This document shows, piece after piece, positions 1-7,955 of a stretch of DNA of 64,000 bases (position 1 is its first letter; each line of letters begins with the position of its first letter). The notes under the pieces are model-generated. The model saw only the letters and a list, made by a program, of their open reading frames with translations. It searched no databases and had not been told where the DNA came from. A program made the position numbers and the translations under genes. This DNA is from a phage: the sequence record PZ445451.1; one strand, 5' to 3'.

Positions 1-1
1 T

Positions 2-193
2 GGAATCTCCCAGGTAGTAGCAGTTATCACCGAGAAGAAAGGGGATGATCTTCACTCCTCATTGAATAGCTGGGCGGTCGCTAACTTTGGGCAATGGTCG
101 AGCGTTGAGTACATCGAATCCTACCAGGTGCCAACGATTAGCCTGACCGATCTCAACGTTGATCGTCTGTTATGCCTGGATCAATTAAACTAA
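2..193 (+). CDS. 3' end of an upstream gene (partial, unknown product)
   Basis: Frame open from window edge to TAA at 191-193; visibly GC-richer than the AT-rich region that follows. Confidence 0.3.
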   Translation, partial: GISQVVAVITEKKGDDLHSSLNSWAVANFGQWSSVEYIESYQVPTISLTDLNVDRLLCLDQLN

Positions 194-201
194 AAATAAT
201 A

Positions 202-229
202 TTGACAAGACAACTAAAATTAGTAAAAT
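202..229 (+). promoter_or_regulatory. sigma70-like early promoter (TTGACA-16-TAAAAT)
   Basis: Exact -35 TTGACA at 202-207, 16 bp spacer, -10 TAAAAT at 224-229, directly upstream of gene at 281. Confidence 0.5.
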
Positions 230-239
230 GTAATTCATA

Positions 240-259
240 GGGCGGCAATAGTGCCGCCC
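240..259 (+). repeat. GC-rich stem-loop (GGGCGGCA-ATAG-TGCCGCCC) in 5' leader; member of a recurring hairpin family
   Basis: 8 bp perfect stem between promoter and RBS; near-identical copy at 3478-3497. Confidence 0.55.
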
Positions 260-280
260 CTAGTAAGAGAGATTATCAAA

Positions 281-496
281 ATGGCTAATATCCGCACCTT
301 GTTAAAAAATGCAAAGCAAGTTTTATTTTCAGATGACGAGTATTTCAACAAAGACATTACAGGCGTGAAAAATTTAAAAGACGTGAAGGATGTTATCGGT
401 ATCCGTGGATCTTTACGTAAAGGTGACATATACGGTAACAAGGTGCAATATAAACTGTCAAAAGATTATGATTTTACTTTGACAATTATTTCATAA
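281..496 (+). CDS. hypothetical early protein (72 aa)
   Basis: Track ORF 251-496 trimmed to in-frame ATG 281 preceded by AGAGAG RBS. Confidence 0.55.
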   Translation: MANIRTLLKNAKQVLFSDDEYFNKDITGVKNLKDVKDVIGIRGSLRKGDIYGNKVQYKLSKDYDFTLTIIS

Positions 497-541
497 AACT
501 ACTTGTAAACCTGGTAAAATAAAGTAAACTATATTCATCAA

Positions 542-563
542 GGCGGTGGAATAGCCCACCGCC
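542..563 (+). repeat. GC-rich stem-loop (GGCGGTGG-AATAGC-CCACCGCC) immediately upstream of RBS
   Basis: 8 bp stem, no U-tract, followed by AAGAGAAGAGGA RBS. Confidence 0.5.
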
Positions 564-587
564 TAACAAAGAGAAGAGGAAAACATC

Positions 588-758
588 ATGATCACTTTCA
601 CTACCCGTGAAGCCGCTCGCAACGTTGCACGTAAAGTTAACGCCGCCAACCTGGGCGCTACGCTTAAAGCCCCGGTGAAAGATGAATCAGGAAAATGGAT
701 CTTTCCTGGTCTGCGTCACGCTGATAAGCTGGGAACATTAACGTTAAAAAATAAATAA
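588..758 (+). CDS. small hypothetical protein (56 aa), below the 60-aa track cutoff
   Basis: ATG 588 with strong RBS; hand-translated MITFTTREAARNVARKVNAANLGATLKAPVKDESGKWIFPGLRHADKLGTLTLKNK; stop 756-758. Confidence 0.4.
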   Translation: MITFTTREAARNVARKVNAANLGATLKAPVKDESGKWIFPGLRHADKLGTLTLKNK

Positions 759-765
759 TATCCGC

Positions 766-794
766 TTGACAGTAGCATCGTTTATAAGTAAAGT
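766..794 (+). promoter_or_regulatory. sigma70-like early promoter (TTGACA-17-TAAAGT)
   Basis: Exact TTGACA 766-771, 17 bp spacer, TAAAGT 789-794. Confidence 0.5.
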
Positions 795-803
795 AACAAC
801 AAC

Positions 804-824
804 GGCGGGAAATGGTTTCCCGCC
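804..824 (+). repeat. stem-loop GGCGGGAAA-TGG-TTTCCCGCC in 5' leader (hairpin family)
   Basis: 9 bp perfect stem; same core recurs at 3112, 4847 and 5706. Confidence 0.55.
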
Positions 825-844
825 ATCAATAAAGAGATAAGATT

Positions 845-1204
845 ATGAAATCAGTAAAAGCAATTAAAACTTACATTGTGTCGGCTATTTCTTTTGATGG
901 TACTACAACCGAAAAAGAAAAAATCACCGAACTGATGCGCCGTTTTAACTCTGAATACTGGTATCAATCTAATCGTGATCGTTATAATAACAATATGGTA
1001 CAAGCTGTTAAAAGCTGGTTACAAGGTTTACCGTCAGATATCAATATCGCTTTTAATTATAACGAGATCGATCAATTATTAATTGAATGGAAGTACATAA
1101 AAGAAACAAGCAAAGAAACAACCGTTACCCGTGAGCGGGAAAATTATTGGTTATATATTGCAAGCATGATCGTAACTTTGGCAAAATATCATAACGTAGC
1201 GTAA
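845..1204 (+). CDS. hypothetical early protein (119 aa)
   Basis: Track ORF; AAAGAG RBS; promoter plus leader hairpin upstream. Confidence 0.6.
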   Translation: MKSVKAIKTYIVSAISFDGTTTEKEKITELMRRFNSEYWYQSNRDRYNNNMVQAVKSWLQGLPSDINIAFNYNEIDQLLIEWKYIKETSKETTVTRERENYWLYIASMIVTLAKYHNVA

Positions 1205-1218
1205 TCGAGAGGAAAAAC

Positions 1219-1356
1219 ATGAACGCATCACAGCAGATCGAAAAATTCAACCGCAACAAAGCGAGTAAAGATTGGAACGAAGAGATCACCAAGAAAGGCG
1301 ACAAGCGGAACAAAACAAAAAGAGATCGCAGCAGCAAAAGATACTGGAACGAATAA
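1219..1356 (+). CDS. small basic protein (45 aa), not in track
   Basis: ATG 1219 after GAGAGGAAAAAC RBS; Lys/Arg-rich; followed by terminator. Confidence 0.4.
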   Translation: MNASQQIEKFNRNKASKDWNEEITKKGDKRNKTKRDRSSKRYWNE

Positions 1357-1363
1357 CAAAAAA

Positions 1364-1384
1364 GGGCGCAATAAGCGCCCTTTT
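1364..1384 (+). terminator. rho-independent terminator
   Basis: GGGCGC-AATAA-GCGCCC stem followed by TTTT. Confidence 0.6.
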
Positions 1385-1474
1385 AGCTTATATAGAGGCT
1401 TGTTGCTTATAGGCAAGGGTAACGCCAGGATAAGCCTATAAACCACGTTAGACGGCTTTACAGGAGCTTTAAAA

Positions 1475-1657
1475 ATGAAATTAGAGGAAATAAGCAAGGC
1501 ACTAGCCCAGGGGCAAAGGTTATGCGCCCGATATCGTGATCAATATGGCTTCATAACTAGCGGCGTGATCCTGGGGATGGAAGGCAATAAGATTTTTATT
1601 GACACGTTGAAAAACGTTGTATATAGTGACAATATAATCTCAATAAAACATATATGA
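1475..1657 (+). CDS. hypothetical protein (60 aa)
   Basis: Track ORF; CAGGAG RBS. Confidence 0.5.
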   Translation: MKLEEISKALAQGQRLCARYRDQYGFITSGVILGMEGNKIFIDTLKNVVYSDNIISIKHI

Positions 1658-1665
1658 GGCAAGAA

Positions 1666-2067
1666 ATGAAAAAATTATTGATCGCTGGTTTACTCTCTTT
1701 TGGCATGGTTGGAACATCTAGCGCGGCGATATCCTCCACAGTAGCAGAATTAAGCGCCGTTGATGCAATGGAAAACGTCATGATCATTAATAATGCGATC
1801 CCCGATGAAATCATGGAGGATTCACACATGATCGCTTATGGTGCTGTTACACAACTAACGGCAAAAATAGATAAATCTATTGTTAATGGCTTAAATGAAG
1901 ATGTACCATGTGAAATTATTACCAGTGTGCTCACTACTCAAAATTTTACGCCGTGGCTAAAAAGTATTCAAAAAGTACACAGTACAGCCGCAGATCGTAG
2001 CAATGAAAAACTAGTGTCAGCACTTGCAACGTATACCCTAGCAAAATGCACCGAAATAAAAGATTGA
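1666..2067 (+). CDS. secreted/periplasmic protein with N-terminal signal peptide
   Basis: Track ORF 1654-2067; ATG 1666 has a GAGG RBS; MKKLLIAGLLSFGMVGTSSAA looks like a Sec signal. Confidence 0.5.
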   Translation: MKKLLIAGLLSFGMVGTSSAAISSTVAELSAVDAMENVMIINNAIPDEIMEDSHMIAYGAVTQLTAKIDKSIVNGLNEDVPCEIITSVLTTQNFTPWLKSIQKVHSTAADRSNEKLVSALATYTLAKCTEIKD

Positions 2068-2114
2068 CAACATAGAAAGCACGTTATAAGATACACACAA
2101 CAAAGGAGAACTAC

Positions 2115-2417
2115 ATGAACGGCATAGCTAAAACGTTTTTTCTTTTTTCTGGTGTAAATGATCCATCAATAAAAGTCGATAGCGTAAAAGAAAACAATAC
2201 TATCACCGCTAAATTGTTTCAAGATGAAACAAATAACGTGCTAATCATTAATCTTAAAGAAATAACAAAAGGTTATTATACTATTGCTTACCATGCGATC
2301 TATAATGCTGGTACTAGTGAGGAAGTGCAAACAAGCAACAACGAAAGCGCGGCGCTACCTGGTGATCTGGTGCTGGGCGTTATCAGTTTAATTGTCAATG
2401 ATTTTTTTAAGGAGTAA
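2115..2417 (+). CDS. hypothetical protein (100 aa)
   Basis: Track ORF; AAAGGAGAA RBS. Confidence 0.55.
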   Translation: MNGIAKTFFLFSGVNDPSIKVDSVKENNTITAKLFQDETNNVLIINLKEITKGYYTIAYHAIYNAGTSEEVQTSNNESAALPGDLVLGVISLIVNDFFKE

Positions 2418-2421
2418 AACC

Positions 2422-2517
2422 ATGCCCTATTTACATTTATTTTTCGGTATCTTATTGACAGGATCTTTTTTCTTCTGTATGCTTGTTTCTATTGTAAACC
2501 ACGTTTTAAAACATTAA
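2422..2517 (+). CDS. small hydrophobic peptide (31 aa), not in track
   Basis: ATG 2422 after AAGGAG RBS; single predicted TM helix. Confidence 0.3.
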   Translation: MPYLHLFFGILLTGSFFFCMLVSIVNHVLKH

Positions 2518-2526
2518 GGAAACAGC

Positions 2527-2646
2527 ATGAAAATTATTCCCGTACAGTATAGCGTAATAAATCCAGCATATGAGGAAGGAAGGAAAACAAGCATGGCTTT
2601 ATGTTGTATTGCTACTATAGCCATGTTATTATACACTGTGTTTTAA
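2527..2646 (+). CDS. small membrane protein (39 aa), not in track
   Basis: ATG 2527 after AAGGAAACAGC; hydrophobic C-terminus. Confidence 0.3.
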   Translation: MKIIPVQYSVINPAYEEGRKTSMALCCIATIAMLLYTVF

Positions 2647-2675
2647 TAGGTTTTATAGTTGTACGCTTTAAAGGC

Positions 2676-2703
2676 TTGACAATTTTTTGTTATGCTTTAA
2701 AAT
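2676..2703 (+). promoter_or_regulatory. sigma70-like early promoter (TTGACA-16-TAAAAT)
   Basis: Exact consensus hexamers at 2676-2681 and 2698-2703. Confidence 0.5.
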
Positions 2704-2746
2704 ATATCTTGAAAACGGCAAAGGCCGCAAACAAAAGGGTAAAATT

Positions 2747-3070
2747 ATGAAATCTGTGATCGGTGTTTATTTGGATAATTCTGATTTTTTCTATCATCGC
2801 GCTCGTTTCCTTGATGCTATTGATATGATAGAATCAGGCTTTAAAGAATACCGCCTTGCACATGATGACCTGGAAGCATTACAGGGCAATAGTGTTTTTA
2901 CATTGCAAGCGAAAGCACTATGTAAAAGCCGGATCGACATTGCGAGCAAAAAGATAGAACGCGGCATGTCCTGGTTGCGCACCGCAGAAATCAACATGGG
3001 GCAATGGTACGGCAAAAACTTAGAAAATAAACATACCTTTGTCAATGTAGAAAATATTGAAGATTATTGA
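2747..3070 (+). CDS. hypothetical early protein (107 aa)
   Basis: Track ORF 2687-3070 trimmed to ATG 2747 downstream of the promoter. Confidence 0.55.
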   Translation: MKSVIGVYLDNSDFFYHRARFLDAIDMIESGFKEYRLAHDDLEALQGNSVFTLQAKALCKSRIDIASKKIERGMSWLRTAEINMGQWYGKNLENKHTFVNVENIEDY

Positions 3071-3099
3071 TTGACAGCACATCTAACGAGTAGTATATT
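3071..3099 (+). promoter_or_regulatory. sigma70-like early promoter (TTGACA-17-TATATT)
   Basis: Exact TTGACA 3071-3076; -10 at 3094-3099. Confidence 0.5.
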
Positions 3100-3111
3100 G
3101 TATCTCATAGA

Positions 3112-3132
3112 GCGGGGAAATGGTTTCCCCGC
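3112..3132 (+). repeat. stem-loop GCGGGGAAA-TGG-TTTCCCCGC in 5' leader (hairpin family)
   Basis: 9 bp stem immediately before RBS AAGAGATAAG. Confidence 0.55.
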
Positions 3133-3152
3133 CTTAAAAGAAGAGATAAGCT

Positions 3153-3437
3153 ATGAAGATCACAAAAGCACTTTCCAACTATGCAGCACGTCGCGGATTA
3201 TGCTTATCCGTTGAAAACTTAGGGAAAGAAGATTTTTTGTGTTTTTGGGAGCTTGAAAATGAAAGTGAATGGTTGTTCTCTTATTCTATCTGCGAAGATC
3301 AAAACGGTTGTTTGTTAACCTGGCGCGGTAATATCTATCTACCGGAAGAAATCAAAGAAGAATTGCCAGGCACGATCATGACTGAGAAACAGCTTAAGGA
3401 AGTGATTAATTTTGTAGGGCAAAACATTAAAAAATAA
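3153..3437 (+). CDS. hypothetical early protein (94 aa)
   Basis: Track ORF; promoter, leader hairpin and RBS upstream. Confidence 0.6.
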   Translation: MKITKALSNYAARRGLCLSVENLGKEDFLCFWELENESEWLFSYSICEDQNGCLLTWRGNIYLPEEIKEELPGTIMTEKQLKEVINFVGQNIKK

Positions 3438-3438
3438 T

Positions 3439-3467
3439 TTGACACTAGGCAAACAACGTAGTAAAGT
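3439..3467 (+). promoter_or_regulatory. sigma70-like early promoter (TTGACA-17-TAAAGT)
   Basis: Exact TTGACA 3439-3444. Confidence 0.5.
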
Positions 3468-3477
3468 TTATCACATA

Positions 3478-3497
3478 GGGCGGCAATAGTGCCGCTC
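3478..3497 (+). repeat. stem-loop GGGCGGCA-ATAG-TGCCGCTC (hairpin family, copy of 240-259)
   Basis: Near-identical to the hairpin at 240-259. Confidence 0.55.
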
Positions 3498-3518
3498 ATA
3501 ACAGAAGAGAAACAAATC

Positions 3519-3689
3519 ATGATCCCGACTATGTTTTATGTATCGCGCAAAGGTCACAATATTTTTTGGTCTGAAGATTTAAATGAAGCCATGACGTTTG
3601 CCCGTGATCGTGTTGCTATCGGTGGCGTTAACATTACTGTAACCGATGAAAACGGCATTGAATACTATAACGGCGACGATGAAGAGTAA
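3519..3689 (+). CDS. hypothetical protein (56 aa)
   Basis: Track ORF 3489-3689 trimmed to ATG 3519 after GAAGAGAAACAAATC RBS. Confidence 0.5.
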   Translation: MIPTMFYVSRKGHNIFWSEDLNEAMTFARDRVAIGGVNITVTDENGIEYYNGDDEE

Positions 3690-3696
3690 TTAATAA

Positions 3697-3717
3697 GGCG
3701 GGGGAGTATTCCCCGCC
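3697..3717 (+). repeat. intercistronic GC-rich stem-loop (GGCGGGGGA-GTA-TTCCCCGCC)
   Basis: 9 bp stem between stop of previous gene and RBS of next; no promoter in between. Confidence 0.5.
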
Positions 3718-3736
3718 GTCAATAAAGAGGTAAATC

Positions 3737-4006
3737 ATGAAAATATCTTTGGACGTTGCAATCAAGGCCATCGAATCCGGTTACACCCTGGTAAAAGATG
3801 ATAAGGCTAAAATAGTGCATCATGTTAACAAGGAAACAGGCGAAAGCATGATCACATATAAAGCCGCCTACTTTCTCCAATCAGTAGCAGATCCGCGCGT
3901 ACAACGCCAGGTTACAGCGGCTATTGCTAAAAAATTATGTGCTTTACAGGGCACAAGTTTTAACGAGATCGCCCCGTGTTTTGACTGGTCGAGCTTGAAA
4001 AAATAG
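3737..4006 (+). CDS. hypothetical protein (89 aa)
   Basis: Track ORF; AAAGAGG RBS. Confidence 0.6.
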   Translation: MKISLDVAIKAIESGYTLVKDDKAKIVHHVNKETGESMITYKAAYFLQSVADPRVQRQVTAAIAKKLCALQGTSFNEIAPCFDWSSLKK

Positions 4007-4007
4007 T

Positions 4008-4035
4008 TTGACAATATGCTGTTATCTGGTAAAGT
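4008..4035 (+). promoter_or_regulatory. sigma70-like early promoter (TTGACA-16-TAAAGT)
   Basis: Exact TTGACA 4008-4013. Confidence 0.5.
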
Positions 4036-4088
4036 GTACGACATAGGGCGAGGCAATAAGGCAACGCCCATTAATGAGGGGTAGAATC

Positions 4089-4193
4089 ATGTTAGAGAAA
4101 ATTTTCACGGTTGTAATAGTGGGCCTGGCGTTATCGGTTGGATTGGTTGCAACTATGGCTAACATGATCCTATCTTCCCACGGTATTGGATAA
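4089..4193 (+). CDS. small hydrophobic membrane peptide (34 aa), not in track
   Basis: ATG 4089 after GAGGGGTAGAATC; MLEKIFTVVIVGLALSVGLVATMANMILSSHGIG. Confidence 0.35.
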   Translation: MLEKIFTVVIVGLALSVGLVATMANMILSSHGIG

Positions 4194-4203
4194 GGTGAAT
4201 CAA

Positions 4204-4419
4204 ATGATCACGAATAAGACAGGTAAAACAGAATTTTTACGCAGCTTGCAAATAGGTAAACCTGAGATCTGGCATTGCACTAAATCCGCGCATAATGAAA
4301 TGAAAGATTTTACCGCTACTTTACAACGTGTTAAAATATCTATCACACAGAAAAAAGCCTTGTTAGTAGTAGAAAACGAGATCCCGCAAACCATTATTAT
4401 TGTCGAGCGTACAGCATGA
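4204..4419 (+). CDS. hypothetical protein (71 aa)
   Basis: Track ORF 4186-4419 trimmed to ATG 4204 (AAGGTG RBS). Confidence 0.5.
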   Translation: MITNKTGKTEFLRSLQIGKPEIWHCTKSAHNEMKDFTATLQRVKISITQKKALLVVENEIPQTIIIVERTA

Positions 4420-4802
4420 AAACTGAAATCATTAACGAAATGATCAACGGCTATAAAGAAGCCTTTATTTTTGCCGAACCAGCGACGGATCACAATGGGG
4501 AATATATTGAGAATCTAGACGATTATGATTTTTCTCCTAGCGCCCTGAAACGTATTACCAGCGATGTGACCGCCTTTTGTAGTGCCAATGTTGCCGCTAT
4601 CTCTGAGGCAATGAGCGACGGCGCTACAGCAAACCAGATCGGGAATGATTTACATTTTACCCGTAACGGTCACGGCGTAGGTTTTTGGGATCGCCCTGAA
4701 ATATACACTACTAACACCGCCAACCGTTTAACTGATGCAGCTAAATTAATGCCATTGGTGCATGCTTACATTGGTGAAGATAATTTGATTTATATTGACT
4801 AA
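4416..4802 (+). CDS. hypothetical protein (128 aa)
   Basis: Track ORF; start overlaps upstream stop (ATGA). Confidence 0.6.
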   Translation: MKTEIINEMINGYKEAFIFAEPATDHNGEYIENLDDYDFSPSALKRITSDVTAFCSANVAAISEAMSDGATANQIGNDLHFTRNGHGVGFWDRPEIYTTNTANRLTDAAKLMPLVHAYIGEDNLIYID

Positions 4803-4807
4803 AAGTG

Positions 4808-4836
4808 TTGACACCGATCCCCAATATGTTATTATT
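4808..4836 (+). promoter_or_regulatory. sigma70-like early promoter (TTGACA-17-ATTATT)
   Basis: Exact TTGACA 4808-4813. Confidence 0.45.
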
Positions 4837-4846
4837 TACCACGTAA

Positions 4847-4865
4847 GCGGGAAATGGTTTCCCGC
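4847..4865 (+). repeat. stem-loop GCGGGAAA-TGG-TTTCCCGC in 5' leader (hairpin family)
   Basis: Same core as 804-824 and 5706-5724. Confidence 0.55.
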
Positions 4866-4889
4866 CAGGTAATCAAAAAGGTAAATACT

Positions 4890-5279
4890 ATGCGCAACCT
4901 GGTTTCTGTTTCTAACGTTGAAAAATTTCAATCTTTACAGGGTATCGTTAACAACGTAGCGCCTTTTTTAGTCAACGGCTTGATTGCAAAGATGAAAAAT
5001 AAACATCATGCGGCATGGTCTGCTTACTGCTTTGATAATGATGAAAAAGCGGCTGAAATGATGCTAAATATGCTGTTAGACAGTGTAGAATCATCTTTAC
5101 CGGAAAACATCGCAGAAGAGATCACCTATCGTTATAATATGGCGATCACTTACCAGGAGGTTGCGCAATTTAATATGATGGACGATGACGAACAACAGGA
5201 TCAGGAAATGTTTTGGGAGTATGCTGATCGTCAATCGGCTTTTGATGAAAAATTAGCGATGTATTATAACGAATATTAA
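4890..5279 (+). CDS. hypothetical acidic protein (129 aa)
   Basis: Track ORF 4854-5279 trimmed to ATG 4890 (AAAAAGG RBS). Confidence 0.6.
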   Translation: MRNLVSVSNVEKFQSLQGIVNNVAPFLVNGLIAKMKNKHHAAWSAYCFDNDEKAAEMMLNMLLDSVESSLPENIAEEITYRYNMAITYQEVAQFNMMDDDEQQDQEMFWEYADRQSAFDEKLAMYYNEY

Positions 5280-5296
5280 TACACGGTAAAAGAAAG

Positions 5297-5319
5297 GGGC
5301 GCACTAAGCGCCCTTTTTT
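5297..5319 (+). terminator. rho-independent terminator
   Basis: GGGCGC-ACTAA-GCGCCC stem followed by TTTTTT. Confidence 0.65.
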
Positions 5320-5664
5320 GTATTCTTTTTTCACGATGGAAACAACACGTAAAGAATAGGCGTAAAGGTGGCGTAAAACCATCTAAAACCGACTGTAACC
5401 GCTTAAACAAGGTAGGAATGATTAATCACCTTACCAGGGTGAAAAAGCTGTTATAAAGCTACCTAGAGCGTTTAAAGCACATAGGGAATAATTTGCTTTT
5501 TATCTTGCCTTTTATCCTGCTTTTGATTATTATTATGGAACGGGCGGCACCTGGGGACAGGGGAAGATAATCACCGGAAGATCCCGCTATATATTGATAG
5601 CTAATACCTATTAAACAACAAAACATCAAAGGAATAAACTATCAAATCTTTACAATCCTACCTA

Positions 5665-5693
5665 TTGACACAGGATCACCCTTATACTAATAT
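5665..5693 (+). promoter_or_regulatory. sigma70-like early promoter (TTGACA-17-TAATAT)
   Basis: Exact TTGACA 5665-5670. Confidence 0.5.
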
Positions 5694-5705
5694 GTATCCC
5701 GTAGG

Positions 5706-5724
5706 GCGGGAAATGGTTTCCCGC
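5706..5724 (+). repeat. stem-loop GCGGGAAA-TGG-TTTCCCGC in 5' leader (hairpin family)
   Basis: Identical core to 4847-4865. Confidence 0.55.
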
Positions 5725-5743
5725 TTGATATAGGAATCATACC

Positions 5744-5977
5744 ATGATCGAACAAATTAAAAGCACTACACCAAATGTTAACGGCAATGTTTCACACTTT
5801 ATCGGTGATAATGAAAGGGGCACACCATACGCCGCCGTAACCGTGCAACCTAATGGCGATTATTGGTTTACCGTGTACGGATCATACTCTTTCGGACGCC
5901 CGGCACATGATAAGATCTTGCAAGCGGTTAAACCTGCGGGGAAGAATATCACAGCAGAAAAATTTTATAAAAAATAG
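5744..5977 (+). CDS. hypothetical protein (77 aa)
   Basis: Track ORF; promoter, leader hairpin and RBS upstream. Confidence 0.6.
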   Translation: MIEQIKSTTPNVNGNVSHFIGDNERGTPYAAVTVQPNGDYWFTVYGSYSFGRPAHDKILQAVKPAGKNITAEKFYKK

Positions 5978-6052
5978 CTTGCTTTATTTCTTCTGTTAAC
6001 TTATAGTTATCGCGTAGGGCAAACAATTTTAAACGGTAAACGAGGAATCACC

Positions 6053-6436
6053 ATGAGCAATATCATCAACCTGGCAGCGACTGTAAACGGTAAAGATTTT
6101 AACGGCGCTGTAGACCGTGATCCTATGTGGTGCTTATCAGTGTTTAAAGGCGACCTGGTTGAAGTTAGAACAACCGAAGGCTATAGCGATGATTATAAAT
6201 GCGAGATCCATTTACATAACTGGTACACGGGGAAAACTTATGCGCTGAATCACGCATTTATCGGGAAAATTGAATATCGCGAAATGATCGACGAAGAAAC
6301 GGGGCAAGATTTTAGCGATTATGTTTATATCCGTTCAGAAACATTAGCCGAACGCTTGATCGAGAAAATGAAAGCAAAAAATAAAATTAATTTAGCTCAT
6401 TGGCTTGATATAACAAATGATCCGGCTTACAAGTAA
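6053..6436 (+). CDS. hypothetical protein (127 aa)
   Basis: Track ORF; CGAGGAATCACC RBS. Confidence 0.6.
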   Translation: MSNIINLAATVNGKDFNGAVDRDPMWCLSVFKGDLVEVRTTEGYSDDYKCEIHLHNWYTGKTYALNHAFIGKIEYREMIDEETGQDFSDYVYIRSETLAERLIEKMKAKNKINLAHWLDITNDPAYK

Positions 6437-6451
6437 ATAACATTTCACACC

Positions 6452-6478
6452 AGGGCGCACAAAGCGCCCTTTCTTTTT
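6452..6478 (+). terminator. rho-independent terminator
   Basis: AGGGCGC-ACAAA-GCGCCCT stem followed by TTCTTTTT. Confidence 0.65.
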
Positions 6479-6566
6479 ACCTAAATAAAGATGATAGCTT
6501 TTACCTATCAAAAACGTTCACCGAAAAAAGTGAATAGATCGCGGTATCGAGCTAATCAAGGAGCAG

Positions 6567-6707
6567 ATGAACAACCATACCATGAAGATCATAAGGCGCT
6601 TACAACGTGTTTTAGACCGCTTATTTTTAATTTCTCAATGTAACTATCGGGCAAAAACAGCCTTTTTCTTGTCTTTCCTCTTAAATGATAATCATTCTTA
6701 TTTATAG
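6567..6707 (+). CDS. possible small protein (46 aa), not in track
   Basis: ATG 6567 after CAAGGAGCAG RBS; 3' end overlaps a Fur-box-like repeat. Confidence 0.25.
   Translation: MNNHTMKIIRRLQRVLDRLFLISQCNYRAKTAFFLSFLLNDNHSYL
6684..6700. promoter_or_regulatory. Fur-box-like motif AATGATAATCATTCTTA (direct-repeat copy 1)
   Basis: Matches the core of the enterobacterial Fur consensus GATAATGATAATCATTATC; repeated at 6742-6758. Confidence 0.35.
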
Positions 6708-6739
6708 CTGATTATTTATGCAATAAACTGCATAATGCA

Positions 6740-6757
6740 ATAATGATAATCATTCTT
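6740..6757. promoter_or_regulatory. Fur-box-like motif ATAATGATAATCATT (15/15 to consensus positions 2-16)
   Basis: Exact 15-mer match to the Fur consensus core. Confidence 0.4.
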
Positions 6758-7512
6758 AACTTATGACCATCTAACCTATAAAATAATAAGTTATCTAACT
6801 AAATTAAAACTAATTATCCCACCTTTATTTATAACTTACTTTTACTATCTCATTGATAACCTTATATTAAACAACAATAACCAATATAAATCATTACTAA
6901 GCTAACTATAATCTATCTAACCCTTAAAACTATAACTATAATCTATCGAATTGTTGCACAAAGTAACTATTAAATTGTTAGTAACTTTACTAAATAATTA
7001 ATATCCTATCTATTTATGATCTAATCTTTACCTTACTATCTATTACCTAAATAACCATTTCATACAGAAATTATTTCATACAATAACTATAACAAGAAAT
7101 ATAATTCGCAAGCGTATCATTAGCAGCCTATGCCGGACACATAGGCGGCTAATAATAACGCAACTACACACCCCACATAATAACCATCACCGATAGTTAT
7201 TATTTGTGCTTATGTAGCTTGCAACAATTGCAAGCGCAACAATATACATGGTATATTGTATCCCTTACATTGTTGCGGTGCGTTATTATTAGCTAATGTT
7301 TGGAACATTGGCTATAATATAAGCTACATATAATAAGCTATACAATAATAAACATAATGAATAATGACACTGATGATCATAATGCGCCACCTTCCAGGGG
7401 GCGCTATGTGAACACAAAGAAATCTTTCTTGTCAAGAAAAATATCACCATTATTGCGCAAAATTATTTATATCTGAACAGATGATTTTTCATACTATTGC
7501 CCCCTATAGTAT

Positions 7513-7546
7513 CCCTATTTGTTGTAATGTATTCCCCTATTTGTTG
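7513..7546. repeat. direct repeat CCCTATTTGTTG x2
   Basis: 12-mer at 7513-7524 and again at 7535-7546. Confidence 0.5.
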
Positions 7547-7619
7547 AGCCTACTCTCTTAAAAGCGCAATAAATTAGAATTATCTTGATTTTTAGGTAGT
7601 TTTATAGTATAGAAAATAT

Positions 7620-7638
7620 GCAAATGATAATCATTATC
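7620..7638. promoter_or_regulatory. Fur-box-like motif GCAAATGATAATCATTATC (17/19 to consensus)
   Basis: TGATAATCATTATC is an exact 14-mer match to the 3' part of the Fur consensus. Confidence 0.4.
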
Positions 7639-7805
7639 AGCTATCTTCCACAGGTGGCACTATTTCACGCCAGATCATTTCATTTGGCAAGGTGTATATA
7701 GATGTTTAGAAATGCCAAGCCATTGATTTACTTAGAATTTATCTGTTTTGTTGTGAGTAGTGCCTTTCTTGCTCAGAAAATAATCAAAAGTCTTATAAGT
7801 CATTG

Positions 7806-7833
7806 AATGATAATGCAAATGATAATTATTCTC
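7806..7833. promoter_or_regulatory. overlapping GATAAT-hexamer array (Fur-box-like)
   Basis: AATGATAATGCAAATGATAATTATTCTC; two overlapping partial Fur-like sites. Confidence 0.3.
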
Positions 7834-7955
7834 ATTGATATTTGAGGGGGACGGTCGGCAGAAATCGGGGGCGCTAAAAATCGCGTTAAGCACCTCTCGC
7901 AAGCGAGCAGTATTTTGCGGCAAGTTATTGATATTATTGGCTTTACGCTTATGGA

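Noticed and set aside
479-484. TTGACA hexamer at 479-484 as a promoter
   Set aside because: It lies inside the 3' end of the 281-496 gene and has no acceptable -10 element at 16-18 bp spacing.
235-5382. Antisense and nested track ORFs opposing annotated genes (for example 235-441, 1125-1337, 1228-1497, 1596-1829, 2794-3045, 3335-3520, 3868-4071, 4200-4493, 5170-5382, and the many plus-strand ORFs inside minus-strand genes between 20000 and 53000)
   Set aside because: Each overlaps a longer co-linear gene on the other strand with better start context and recognisable motifs, and none has its own RBS or promoter; treated as frame noise.
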